This document shows positions 19,023 to 27,101 of a stretch of DNA of 64,000 bases, piece after piece. Source of the DNA: Escherichia phage phiWec177. Location of the stretch: sequence record LC739532.1, one strand, 5' to 3'. The notes beneath the pieces are model-generated. The model searched no databases and was not told the origin of the DNA. It saw only the letters and a program-made list of their open reading frames with translations. The translations under genes were made by a program, and so were the position numbers. Position 1 is the stretch's first letter. Each line of letters starts with the position of its first letter.

Positions 19023-19185
19023 GAGTGATAAGTACACTCAAGAAGAATCACGGTATATCATCAAAGGTAACACAGGCAGTGATGTAGCAGCAGCCCTTGA
19101 GTCCTATCGTGACGGCTTTTACCAGTGCACAATCAAAGCTAACAACCTTATTGACATGATTTTATTAGGAAATAAACAGCAATGA
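18916..19185 (+). CDS. Outer-membrane lipoprotein spanin component (Rz1-like), overlapping Rz-like gene
   Basis: Signal peptide with lipobox-like LITMSGC; starts inside previous gene in another frame. Confidence 0.55.
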   Translation: MKKLSQSFIMFVLLITMSGCSTNKVSSTFKNSQVSESDKYTQEESRYIIKGNTGSDVAAALESYRDGFYQCTIKANNLIDMILLGNKQQ

Positions 19186-19451
19186 CAGAGAATGAAGATA
19201 CTTTTTACGTAGAAGGGTACTTACTGTTACCACGCCCAAAAGAAACTTATATGCGAATTGACTTCATACCAACCATTATGGATAATGTGATGTGTCATAT
19301 CTTTATGCAGGGTGTCACAGCACAGCTTAAGCATGTTGGTAAAGACTGCAAAATAAAGGTTGACACTCATCCAGAAATCAAAGAGAATCACTACACATGG
19401 TTCTTACCAGATTCTAAAGAAATCTTAGCAGTTCTTAAAACGAGGAAGTAA
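19182..19451 (+). CDS. Hypothetical protein
   Basis: 89 aa ORF, ATGA overlap with upstream gene. Confidence 0.4.
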   Translation: MTENEDTFYVEGYLLLPRPKETYMRIDFIPTIMDNVMCHIFMQGVTAQLKHVGKDCKIKVDTHPEIKENHYTWFLPDSKEILAVLKTRK

Positions 19452-19453
19452 AT

Positions 19454-19783
19454 ATGCAGATTAATGGAAGAGACTTTGTAGCCGTTTACTACGACGAGAA
19501 AGATAAAGAAGTTGGCGTAGCACAAGTATCTTATGGCAATGGTAAGTGGTTGTATGGGACAATCGCAGTAGTCGGAACAAGAAGTGATACAAAAACTTTT
19601 AAAGACTGTGTTGACCTTCTTGAAGAATCCATCCATAATCATTGGTGTCTGATATGGATGACTGACAACGAAGTGATAGAACGCTTCAAAAAGATTGGTA
19701 TCAACATTGATAGCATTGAGCATGTTGACTTGTATGAGCTAACTGAGAAGGTAAACTATGAAAGTAATACTAGCCAGAGATAA
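19454..19783 (+). CDS. Hypothetical protein
   Basis: 109 aa ORF. Confidence 0.4.
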   Translation: MQINGRDFVAVYYDEKDKEVGVAQVSYGNGKWLYGTIAVVGTRSDTKTFKDCVDLLEESIHNHWCLIWMTDNEVIERFKKIGINIDSIEHVDLYELTEKVNYESNTSQR

Positions 19784-19991
19784 AAAGACCCGCAAGATTG
19801 TACGTTCAGCAGTATTCATAGGGAGAGATGAAGTCGTCCCGTTTGCAGGGGAAGATGTGCTAACTTATAAGAAGGGTTTAAAACGTAAATTCAGTGACCG
19901 TTTACGCGGCTTCATCTCTGAACCATTAGAAGATTTCAAAAGTCGCTGTGGCGAAGGCATCATCATCCAAGAGGCAATTATTCATGGCTGA
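19758..19991 (+). CDS. Hypothetical protein
   Basis: 77 aa ORF. Confidence 0.35.
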   Translation: MKVILARDKKTRKIVRSAVFIGRDEVVPFAGEDVLTYKKGLKRKFSDRLRGFISEPLEDFKSRCGEGIIIQEAIIHG

Positions 19992-20184
19992 CTTCTGCAA
20001 AGATTGTGCTATCGAAATGTTCGGACGTGATACAGGTGACTTAAAAGGTCTTATCACTGAAGATGACTTTAAAGCTGGCTATGCAATGCCAGTAATCTGT
20101 GAAGGTTGTGGATGTATCTGGGTAGACCACGAAGGGCAACGTGTAAAGCCTTCAGAAGATAAAGAATCTTGGGAGAGATGTTAA
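19984..20184 (+). CDS. Small Cys-rich (zinc-ribbon-like) protein
   Basis: ATG 19984; CKDC...CEGCGC cysteine pairs. Confidence 0.4.
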   Translation: MADFCKDCAIEMFGRDTGDLKGLITEDDFKAGYAMPVICEGCGCIWVDHEGQRVKPSEDKESWERC

Positions 20185-20964
20185 ATGGGTATTGTAAAAG
20201 TTGTAAAAGGTAACTTACTAGCTGCCTTCAAAAACACAGACATTGAGTTAATTGCTCATGGTTGCAACTGTCGTAACCTCATGGGTGCTGGAATCGCTCA
20301 AAAAATTGCTAAGATTTTCCCAAAAGCTGAAGAAGCTGACCGGAAGTTCCATAAAAAGTTTGGCTACAGTGCCCATGATATCGGATACCAGATGGCTGGT
20401 GAGGTGTCACATGCTCGAACGGAGTATGGTTACATTTTTAACCTATATACACAGTTGGATGTTGGGAAGTGTGCATCATACCGATACTTAGTGGAGTCAC
20501 TAGAAAAACTCCGTAAATTTTGCTGGCTGCACAACATTCGTAAGATTGGTTTACCCATGATTGGGGCAGGTATAGGCGGTTTAGATGCACAAGCTGTGAA
20601 AAGCCTCATTAATAGTGTTATGTATAACGTTGATGTGTACCTATACGTCTATGATGAAGCAATGGCAAGTGTAGTTACCACTAAGTATGCTACCTCAGCA
20701 CCACAATTCTATGATGGTGTCGTGCTAAGTGACGGGAAGACTAATCAAGTTACCCTCTATCAGCTTGTTGATGGCAAGGTTGAGGTTAGTTACCCTCTGG
20801 TTAGTGAGATGGGTATGTGTAACAGTGAAATGTTCCCAGTTGACCCGTTTGGAAGATATGAAGGTGTATTCTTTGATAACTACCCAGCAGCGTACATCTA
20901 CACAACAAATCAGGATGAAGTTCACTACTTGCTGTATTCTAAAAAGTTCAAATTCATAAGCTGA
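20185..20964 (+). CDS. Macro-domain protein (ADP-ribose binding/hydrolase fold) with C-terminal extension
   Basis: Macro-domain signature IAHGCNCRNLMGAGIA ... LPMIGAGIGGL in the first ~150 aa. Confidence 0.65.
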   Translation: MGIVKVVKGNLLAAFKNTDIELIAHGCNCRNLMGAGIAQKIAKIFPKAEEADRKFHKKFGYSAHDIGYQMAGEVSHARTEYGYIFNLYTQLDVGKCASYRYLVESLEKLRKFCWLHNIRKIGLPMIGAGIGGLDAQAVKSLINSVMYNVDVYLYVYDEAMASVVTTKYATSAPQFYDGVVLSDGKTNQVTLYQLVDGKVEVSYPLVSEMGMCNSEMFPVDPFGRYEGVFFDNYPAAYIYTTNQDEVHYLLYSKKFKFIS

Positions 20965-21039
20965 TTAGTACTTCACAGTATCTACAAATCATCTAAGAAG
21001 GCTGCCTAACCCATTGAAAAATTTAAGGTAAGGCGGCCT

Positions 21040-21210
21040 TTTTCATTTTCAATTTGTGCAGGTATCTGGAGGGGTCTGTACAGATATCCCAAAAAATCTC
21101 ATCGCCGGATAGAAAAATCATTTTCAAAACGTGCAGAGAAAAATCAGGTCGGGCAAGAAAAATCATTTTAGAATTGTGCAGGTAGGTGGGTGTAGGTGGG
21201 GATGTCGCCA
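21040..21210 (+). repeat. Three spaced copies of a TCATTTT-N-TGTGCAG(G) motif
   Basis: ttttcattttcaatttgtgcagg / aaatcattttcaaaacgtgcagag / aaatcattttagaattgtgcagg seen directly. Confidence 0.45.
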
Positions 21211-21359
21211 TTTCTCACAAGGCTACCACATCTAAAAAGAAAAGTCAACAGAAAAATTTGTAGCGGATTGAAAAATAATTCTTGATTGTAGTTCTGTTTT
21301 GTGGTAGTCGTGCGCGCCCGTTCCTCTCCCAAACTTACAAAAATATTTAATAAAAACTA

Positions 21360-21388
21360 TTGACACACAAAACAGGTTTACGTAATAT
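21360..21388 (+). promoter_or_regulatory. Sigma70-type promoter (TTGACA -N17- TAATAT)
   Basis: Consensus -35 and near-consensus -10 with 17 bp spacer upstream of the small-gene array. Confidence 0.55.
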
Positions 21389-21437
21389 TTGCATCAGACG
21401 GGCAAGCAAGCCCACTCCCTAAACTGGAGATTCTAAA

Positions 21438-21644
21438 ATGTTATATCAACGCCAATTGATGATTGTAGACAATAACAAGACTAAAAAGCGCCGTTTCTTT
21501 ATGCTTATTTGTGATGTATGGCAACGTATCTCAGAAAAGGATTTTGATAAATATGTTGATACATCAATCAGGTCAGATTGTTATTTGACAAATCACACAA
21601 GACAGTTTACAAGACATACAGCAGTTTACTACTATGACGTTTAA
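21438..21644 (+). CDS. Hypothetical small protein (first gene of small-gene array)
   Basis: Preceded by CCTAAACTGGAGATTCTAAAATG initiation cassette. Confidence 0.45.
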   Translation: MLYQRQLMIVDNNKTKKRRFFMLICDVWQRISEKDFDKYVDTSIRSDCYLTNHTRQFTRHTAVYYYDV

Positions 21645-21818
21645 AAGGGCTTGACAATGATTAAAGAAGGCAATGTAATAAGCTACAAAGATTTAGACGG
21701 ATACCCAAAAATTGGGAAAGTTTTCTACCTTTACAAGTCAGTGATGGATAATGACTGCATAGCCCTAACAAATGGCGACAAGATAACCATGAAAGATTTT
21801 ATAAAAATTATTTCATAA

Positions 21819-21905
21819 AGTGCTTTACATGGGGTTTAAAAAGGTAGTATCTTAAGCCCCAGATAAAGAGCTTTACCACTCAATCCTAAATTGGAGAACT
21901 TAAAA
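21819..21905 (+). repeat. Intergenic cassette type A copy 1 (hairpin + RBS)
   Basis: AAGTGCTTTACA..GGGG..-loop-..AAGCCCC..AGATAAAGAGCTTTACCACTCAATCCTAAA(T/C)TGGAG; shared with 22287, 23361, 24156, 25423. Confidence 0.6.
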
Positions 21906-22286
21906 ATGGCATACCGCGCACCGAAATTCATCAATAAAGAAAATTTTCGTAATGTATTAGAGAAGGCGCTTGATGAAAAATTTAACGGCAAAATAATTGT
22001 TGTTCACTCGTTCAATTTTAAGTATGATATCAACGGGAATAAAATCAACCATTACACGGCAACCATGTTAGATGGTACTCTTTCAAGTGAAAAAACAATT
22101 CTCCATGCACTTGCAGGACGTGGTAAAAACCTGATAAGATGCGATAAGAGACGTTATCAGGGTGGCGCATATGGTTATGATGATGCTGTTTATCATCTTG
22201 AAAATATGGGCTATTCAGTGGAAAAAGCTGGAGTGTCTCAAATAATCGGCAGTGACGGCTATGTGACAATTTTCAAAATTAACTAA
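21906..22286 (+). CDS. Hypothetical protein
   Basis: ATG 21906 downstream of type A cassette. Confidence 0.45.
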   Translation: MAYRAPKFINKENFRNVLEKALDEKFNGKIIVVHSFNFKYDINGNKINHYTATMLDGTLSSEKTILHALAGRGKNLIRCDKRRYQGGAYGYDDAVYHLENMGYSVEKAGVSQIIGSDGYVTIFKIN

Positions 22287-22374
22287 TAAAGTACTTTACA
22301 GGGGGCTTACAGTTCGATAAAGTAAGCCCCAGATAAAGAGCTTTACCACTCAATCCTAAACTGGAGTTTCAAAA
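22287..22374 (+). repeat. Intergenic cassette type A copy 2
   Basis: Near-identical to 21819-21905. Confidence 0.6.
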
Positions 22375-22671
22375 ATGAAACTATCAAATAAAGCCCGTGA
22401 AAATCTAAGCAAGTTACTTAACAAAATTGATTTTATTGAAACATCAAGGAATAGTCATGATGTTATGGAATGGTTACACGGCAAAATAAAAGGCCGTCGT
22501 GTAGTAATTTGCTTATGGAATAGTTGCAGGGAATATAAAAAACCTGTATTACAAGTCAATATCTACGATGATACTTTTAAAAGCCCTGTAAAGTCTAAAA
22601 GCGATTTATTAGAATCTTATGAGATAACTGTAAGTGGCAAAGTATCACGTAAAGAGGAAACACCGTGTTAA
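22375..22671 (+). CDS. Hypothetical protein
   Basis: 98 aa ORF after cassette. Confidence 0.45.
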   Translation: MKLSNKARENLSKLLNKIDFIETSRNSHDVMEWLHGKIKGRRVVICLWNSCREYKKPVLQVNIYDDTFKSPVKSKSDLLESYEITVSGKVSRKEETPC

Positions 22672-22997
22672 TGACTGGTATCACTGCAATCATTGCCATT
22701 TTCGCGCTATATAAGGCATATAAAGCCTATAATCTAGCAAATAAGGCAATCACACAGCAGGTTAGCAATAACCTTGTAGAGAGCTTTCTAGGACGCCTCA
22801 GTGATGAGCAAATAAAGCGGCTAGAGATGAGCTTCAGATATAAAGCGAAAACCTATCAGATAAGTGACATCTTCAAAGATGATTTTCAGTTAGTCGATGA
22901 TTATAATTCACTGATAAATGCTTTGAATGTCAGTGACTTAAAAGATTATTACGTTGTAATTGTTCAAGAATTGAGCAAACGAAAAAATTCCTCTTGA
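22665..22997 (+). CDS. Hypothetical membrane-anchored protein
   Basis: 110 aa, N-terminal hydrophobic helix. Confidence 0.4.
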   Translation: MLMTGITAIIAIFALYKAYKAYNLANKAITQQVSNNLVESFLGRLSDEQIKRLEMSFRYKAKTYQISDIFKDDFQLVDDYNSLINALNVSDLKDYYVVIVQELSKRKNSS

Positions 22998-23009
22998 TTT
23001 TGGTTTTTA

Positions 23010-23087
23010 AAACAAGTAAATTACTAATCAACGGTGAGGGAATGAACTTCCCCACTAAGTAAAGTCCTTAAACTAGGAGATTCAAAA
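23010..23087 (+). repeat. Intergenic cassette type B copy 1 (hairpin + RBS)
   Basis: TCAACGG(G)GAGG..-loop-..CCCC ACTAA(A/G)TAAAGTCCT(T)AAACT(A/G)GGAGATTC; shared with 23884, 25100, 26180, 26780. Confidence 0.55.
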
Positions 23088-23360
23088 ATGTATACTACTA
23101 ACAACGGTCGCACTTTAAACGTAACCCTACGCCACTATGTGAACGGTGTAATGCACTTCGAGGATTTACAAGCCGAACAACACATTTTAGATTGGCAACT
23201 TGCAGGACTCCAAAAAACTGTTACAGGATACGGGAAAAAGATTCCAACTAGCTGGAAAGTATACTACGAAGGCCGTTTGCGCAGAATTTATCAAGATGTA
23301 TACAGCAATAGCGCAACAAGTTACATCATGGTAAAAGGTAAAAAGCTGCATTTAGCATAA
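23088..23360 (+). CDS. Hypothetical protein
   Basis: 90 aa ORF after type B cassette. Confidence 0.45.
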   Translation: MYTTNNGRTLNVTLRHYVNGVMHFEDLQAEQHILDWQLAGLQKTVTGYGKKIPTSWKVYYEGRLRRIYQDVYSNSATSYIMVKGKKLHLA

Positions 23361-23446
23361 AGTACTTTACAAGGGGCTTATAGTTCGATAAAGTAAGCCC
23401 CAGATAAAGAGCTTTACCACTCAATCCTAAACTGGAGAACTTAAAA
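23361..23446 (+). repeat. Intergenic cassette type A copy 3
   Basis: Near-identical to other type A copies. Confidence 0.6.
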
Positions 23447-23851
23447 ATGGCTATTAATAACCGTGAATTATCAATTTTAAAAGCACGTTTGACCGTTAAC
23501 CGGATTAATGTTATTACGTCATCAGCACCAGATGAAACATTGCACAGCATTATTGGGAAGATTCAAAGTATTATTTTAGACGTTGAAAACGTAAAAAGTT
23601 CATTGGCTGACGTTGCAGCAGGTATCACGCTAGACGGTGCGCAATATGAAATGATTGATATGCTAGGCAAATCTAAGGTAATGAATAGGGAGTTAGATTT
23701 GAAAATGTTTAGATTTGCTGTTAAAGTATGGCTATCCGTCGAGTATGACGCTAATTTTGCAATCGCTGATTTCTTTGCCACTTGGTTACAACGTAATTTG
23801 ACAAATCACGATTTTCGTGATGTCTGTGATGCAATTTATGCAGAACTCTAA
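23447..23851 (+). CDS. Hypothetical protein
   Basis: 134 aa ORF. Confidence 0.45.
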   Translation: MAINNRELSILKARLTVNRINVITSSAPDETLHSIIGKIQSIILDVENVKSSLADVAAGITLDGAQYEMIDMLGKSKVMNRELDLKMFRFAVKVWLSVEYDANFAIADFFATWLQRNLTNHDFRDVCDAIYAEL

Positions 23852-23860
23852 AAAATTTTG

Positions 23861-23889
23861 TTGACACTGATTTTTAGATAGGTTAAATT
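23861..23889 (+). promoter_or_regulatory. Candidate promoter (TTGACA -N17- TAAATT) inside type B cassette
   Basis: Consensus -35, weak -10. Confidence 0.35.
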
Positions 23890-23951
23890 ACACATCAACG
23901 GGGAGGCGATAACCTCCCCACTAAATAAAGTCCTAAACTGGAGATTCTAAA
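23884..23951 (+). repeat. Intergenic cassette type B copy 2
   Basis: CAACGGGGAGGCGATAACCTCCCCACTAAATAAAGTCCTAAACTGGAGATTCTAAA. Confidence 0.55.
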
Positions 23952-24155
23952 ATGGCTATTATCAACGGCTTACACATTGAAACAACTCACATCAAAGATA
24001 TTAAAGTTGGTGATATAGTTCTCTTTCACGGCGTAGAAAAAACTGTCACGGCGAAAGATATTACAGAAGAATCTTTCATGGGCCGGTCACTCTTCGGTGA
24101 TTCTTATTGCTTAGGTTACCGTGCAGTTTTAAAAGTTGTCAAAAATAACAAATAA
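23952..24155 (+). CDS. Hypothetical small protein
   Basis: 67 aa ORF. Confidence 0.4.
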   Translation: MAIINGLHIETTHIKDIKVGDIVLFHGVEKTVTAKDITEESFMGRSLFGDSYCLGYRAVLKVVKNNK

Positions 24156-24240
24156 AGTACTTTACAAGGGGCTTAAAAGTTGGTATCTTAAGCCCCAGAT
24201 AAAGAGCTTTACCACTAAATCCTAAACTGGAGATTCAAAA
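24156..24240 (+). repeat. Intergenic cassette type A copy 4
   Basis: Near-identical to other type A copies. Confidence 0.6.
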
Positions 24241-24783
24241 ATGAAATGCTTTCATGGTACTACTCAAGAAAACTTTATCAACCTGATTAATAACGGTGAT
24301 AAACCATCGGGCGCATGGAATTGTTCGGATATGGACGGCAATTTTTACGTTTATCCAGAAAATAAAATCTATGGCGACGATGAGGAAGAGATAACAGCCG
24401 AAGGTATCCAACAAGCTCTAGGCAATGCCACTATCACCGCAGCTTTTCAGATGAAGACTCAAAATATTGTTATCTTAGAACTCGATATTCCAGAGGATGA
24501 GCTAAACGATGATTATTCTTGTGATAATATGTCGAGTGTAGCAAGTTTTACAGAGTACTTTGATGTAAGTTGGATTAAAAAGGTTTACGTAACAGAATTT
24601 AATGCGATGTATTCGCCTTTTTGTCTTCCTTCACTGGATAACCCAAATATGAACTATCTTGATGAGTCTCTGGAGCTTCTCGCTAAAAGTGTTCAACAGT
24701 CGGACAGTATTCAGGTTTTTTGTGACATCATGGATACACTAACGGGAAACATCACAGAGAGAGACTTAAAGAGCTTTTTTTAA
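24241..24783 (+). CDS. Hypothetical acidic protein (N-terminal FHGT motif; speculative ADP-ribosyltransferase-like fold)
   Basis: 180 aa; FHGTT at residues 4-8, FYVY about 30 aa later, acidic LELDIPEDELNDD segment. Confidence 0.4.
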   Translation: MKCFHGTTQENFINLINNGDKPSGAWNCSDMDGNFYVYPENKIYGDDEEEITAEGIQQALGNATITAAFQMKTQNIVILELDIPEDELNDDYSCDNMSSVASFTEYFDVSWIKKVYVTEFNAMYSPFCLPSLDNPNMNYLDESLELLAKSVQQSDSIQVFCDIMDTLTGNITERDLKSFF

Positions 24784-24811
24784 AACCTATACAATCACCT
24801 TATAAACACTA

Positions 24812-24833
24812 ATCAGCCCCTTACAGGGGCTTT
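24812..24833 (+). terminator. Rho-independent terminator
   Basis: AGCCCCT-taca-GGGGCT hairpin followed by TTTT. Confidence 0.5.
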
Positions 24834-24848
24834 TAGAGGGCTTAAATC

Positions 24849-25082
24849 ATGCTAACAACCGTTTATCTCATCCTCTCAATTTGTAATGGCCATTCATGCG
24901 ATTTTAAAGGGCTTGAGGAGTTTACAGGGAGTAAAGAGAATGCTGTTCAAGTTTGCCAGATAGCAAGGCAAGACTATCCCGCAAGTGATGATATACAATG
25001 TTACTTTAAGACAGAAGATGACGAAGGAATCTATTTCGACAGTGTTGATGGACAATATGAGATTATCATTGAAAAAGACTAG
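24849..25082 (+). CDS. Hypothetical small protein
   Basis: 77 aa ORF. Confidence 0.4.
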   Translation: MLTTVYLILSICNGHSCDFKGLEEFTGSKENAVQVCQIARQDYPASDDIQCYFKTEDDEGIYFDSVDGQYEIIIEKD

Positions 25083-25099
25083 ACAAGCCTGATAAAAAT

Positions 25100-25173
25100 C
25101 TGTAAATTGTCAATCAACGGGGGGGGGGAATGACCTTCCCCACTAAATAAAGTCCTAAACTGGAGATTCTAAA
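25100..25173 (+). repeat. Intergenic cassette type B copy 3, containing a homopolymeric G tract (about 10 G)
   Basis: CAACGGGGGGGGGGAATGACCTTCCCC...; the G run replaces GGGGAGGG of sibling copies. Confidence 0.55.
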
Positions 25174-25422
25174 ATGTATACTAAAACGCAACTTAAAAGC
25201 ATGGTTAACAATGGTTTAATGGATGAAGTCTACAAAGAATGTAGACGCTATGGAAAAATCATGGATAAGTCTAGTTATGAGTATACTCACACAATAGATT
25301 TCAAAACTAATGAAAAACAAACTGACTTTATCACTGTAATAGTTATTGAATATAAACACTTGCTGTGGACTTTTGAGCTAGTAAAAGGTGAGTGTATAGA
25401 AATCGAATACAAAGACGCTTAA
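25174..25422 (+). CDS. Hypothetical small protein
   Basis: 82 aa ORF. Confidence 0.4.
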   Translation: MYTKTQLKSMVNNGLMDEVYKECRRYGKIMDKSSYEYTHTIDFKTNEKQTDFITVIVIEYKHLLWTFELVKGECIEIEYKDA

Positions 25423-25501
25423 AAGTACTTTACAGGGGGCTTAAAAGTTGATATCTTAAGCCCCCAGATAAAGAGCTTTCCTAAACTGGAGATTCAAAAA
25501 G
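25423..25501 (+). repeat. Intergenic cassette type A copy 5 (internally deleted)
   Basis: Same 5' half as type A, shortened 3' part ending ...CTAAACTGGAGATTCAAAAAG. Confidence 0.5.
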
Positions 25502-25648
25502 ATGACACATACTATTGAGACAGTTTTTAACAACCCTGTATTCTCAGAGATGATTTTCTCATTTGTCATGATGTTACTAGTAAAAACCATGAAAAAAGCA
25601 GAAAAACTGCATTTAAAGAAAAAATCTATTGTAAACCGTCTTAAGTAA
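25502..25648 (+). CDS. Hypothetical 48-aa hydrophobic peptide (below ORF-track cutoff)
   Basis: ATG 25502 right after cassette RBS; hydrophobic core FSEMIFSFVMMLLV. Confidence 0.3.
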   Translation: MTHTIETVFNNPVFSEMIFSFVMMLLVKTMKKAEKLHLKKKSIVNRLK

Positions 25649-25694
25649 AGATAAAGTATCTAGCAATCTCACTTCCTAAACTGGAGAATCTAAA

Positions 25695-26036
25695 ATGGCT
25701 TATGTAACCGTAATTACCGATAAAGAGAATTCATCTTGGTCAACTCAGGTTAGTGACAAGATGTCACCTATGCAGTGCCTAAAATACTTTGAACAGTGGA
25801 ATAGAGGTGAGGATACAAGCCCCTTTCAAGTGATGCAGATTATCCATACAGATAACGAAGGGAATAAAACGACTTTAAATAGTGAGTACTACGCAAGCCG
25901 TTTTGAAACGAGAAGTAGAACAATGAAGCTTCTACGTGAATCCGGTTATGCTCATATTGCCGCTCTAATCTGGGATGACCTGCTAAAAAGTCAGCGTATC
26001 AGCTATGTAAAACCTGAAAAAATATTCATCAGTTAA
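25695..26036 (+). CDS. Hypothetical protein
   Basis: 113 aa ORF preceded by CCTAAACTGGAGAATCTAAAATG. Confidence 0.45.
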   Translation: MAYVTVITDKENSSWSTQVSDKMSPMQCLKYFEQWNRGEDTSPFQVMQIIHTDNEGNKTTLNSEYYASRFETRSRTMKLLRESGYAHIAALIWDDLLKSQRISYVKPEKIFIS

Positions 26037-26179
26037 TCAATAACTTACAAAAAACTTTTAAAAAAGTGTTGACAATACCCCTTGACATTGGTAACTTTGT
26101 TCGAGGGGGTTTATCTAAAAGGGATTCACTTAAAAGATTCTTTATAGATAAGCTTAAAAATTGCTTGCATTCAACTATC

Positions 26180-26255
26180 AAAACAAGTAAATTACTAATC
26201 AACGGGGAGGCAATAACATCCCCACTAAATAAAGTCCTAAACTGGAGATTCTAAA
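26180..26255 (+). repeat. Intergenic cassette type B copy 4
   Basis: AACAAGTAAATTACTAATCAACGGGGAGGCAATAACATCCCCACTAAATAAAGTCCTAAACTGGAG. Confidence 0.55.
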
Positions 26256-26786
26256 ATGAACAAATTTCAAGCTATCAACCACATTCGTTCAAATAGTGTC
26301 ATGTCTAAGCCTGTTAAAGACACATATGAGTTCCGTTGTAATGGGGTACACTTTGCAACCATCACTAAATCAGAAAACGGGGCTTATTACGTTCATCGTC
26401 GTAATGTTTATACCGTTGTAGTCTCTCACTTTATGCAAGCTGTAGCAGAGTTATTACCGTTATTCTTAGAGATTTACTTAGATGAGTGTAAAAACGTTCA
26501 CAACCACGTTAAAAACCTTTTAAACGGTTATAAAATGGCTTATGAGCGTTCTATCAAGTCCTTAAACAAGTTCTATAAAGCCCCTGCAAATACTGTTTCA
26601 ATGGCTTACAGTGTAAGCGGTGAGTTGGTTAGTCTCTTCGAAGTGGAAGAAATCGAACTATATAACTCACGCCCTAGCGGTTACTCTAAGACACTGGGAG
26701 AGGGCTTATCTTTCAATATCAAGAACTTAGAGAAAACTTTAAAAGATATTGAAAAAGATATTGACGAGACAATCAAAAATCTGTAA
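26256..26786 (+). CDS. Hypothetical protein
   Basis: 176 aa ORF. Confidence 0.45.
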   Translation: MNKFQAINHIRSNSVMSKPVKDTYEFRCNGVHFATITKSENGAYYVHRRNVYTVVVSHFMQAVAELLPLFLEIYLDECKNVHNHVKNLLNGYKMAYERSIKSLNKFYKAPANTVSMAYSVSGELVSLFEVEEIELYNSRPSGYSKTLGEGLSFNIKNLEKTLKDIEKDIDETIKNL

Positions 26787-26852
26787 ATTGTCAATCAACG
26801 GGGAGGGAATGACCTTCCCCACTAAATAAAGTCCTAAACTGGAGATTCTAAA
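26780..26852 (+). repeat. Intergenic cassette type B copy 5
   Basis: Near-identical to 25100-25173 but with GGGGAGGG instead of the G run. Confidence 0.55.
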
Positions 26853-27101
26853 ATGGCAACTATCCGCGCCACTGTTAACGAATTTGGTTTTTACTCTCTG
26901 GATGTTAAATTTGACCTTGTAGGCACTGACAACGCCTTTGAAATGGTGAAAGGTCTTATCAGTCAGACCATCAAGGACTATAACCCCTCTAATGAGTTCT
27001 GGAAAGAAACAAAACAGGAAGTTCTTAAAGATGGTTACACTTTTCACTATTGGGGTGAAAAAATCGTCTCCCTGTACTACGACAAAGAAGGCACTAACTA
27101 A
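26853..27101 (+). CDS. Hypothetical small protein (last plus-strand gene before non-coding region)
   Basis: 82 aa ORF. Confidence 0.45.
   Translation: MATIRATVNEFGFYSLDVKFDLVGTDNAFEMVKGLISQTIKDYNPSNEFWKETKQEVLKDGYTFHYWGEKIVSLYYDKEGTN

Noticed and set aside
21819-21905. Type A cassette considered as a T4-style MotA-dependent middle promoter
   Set aside because: One copy contains a TGCTTTA word resembling a MotA box, but the other copies read TACTTTA, the spacing to a -10 is off, and this phage does not otherwise look T4-like; kept only as a generic regulatory cassette.
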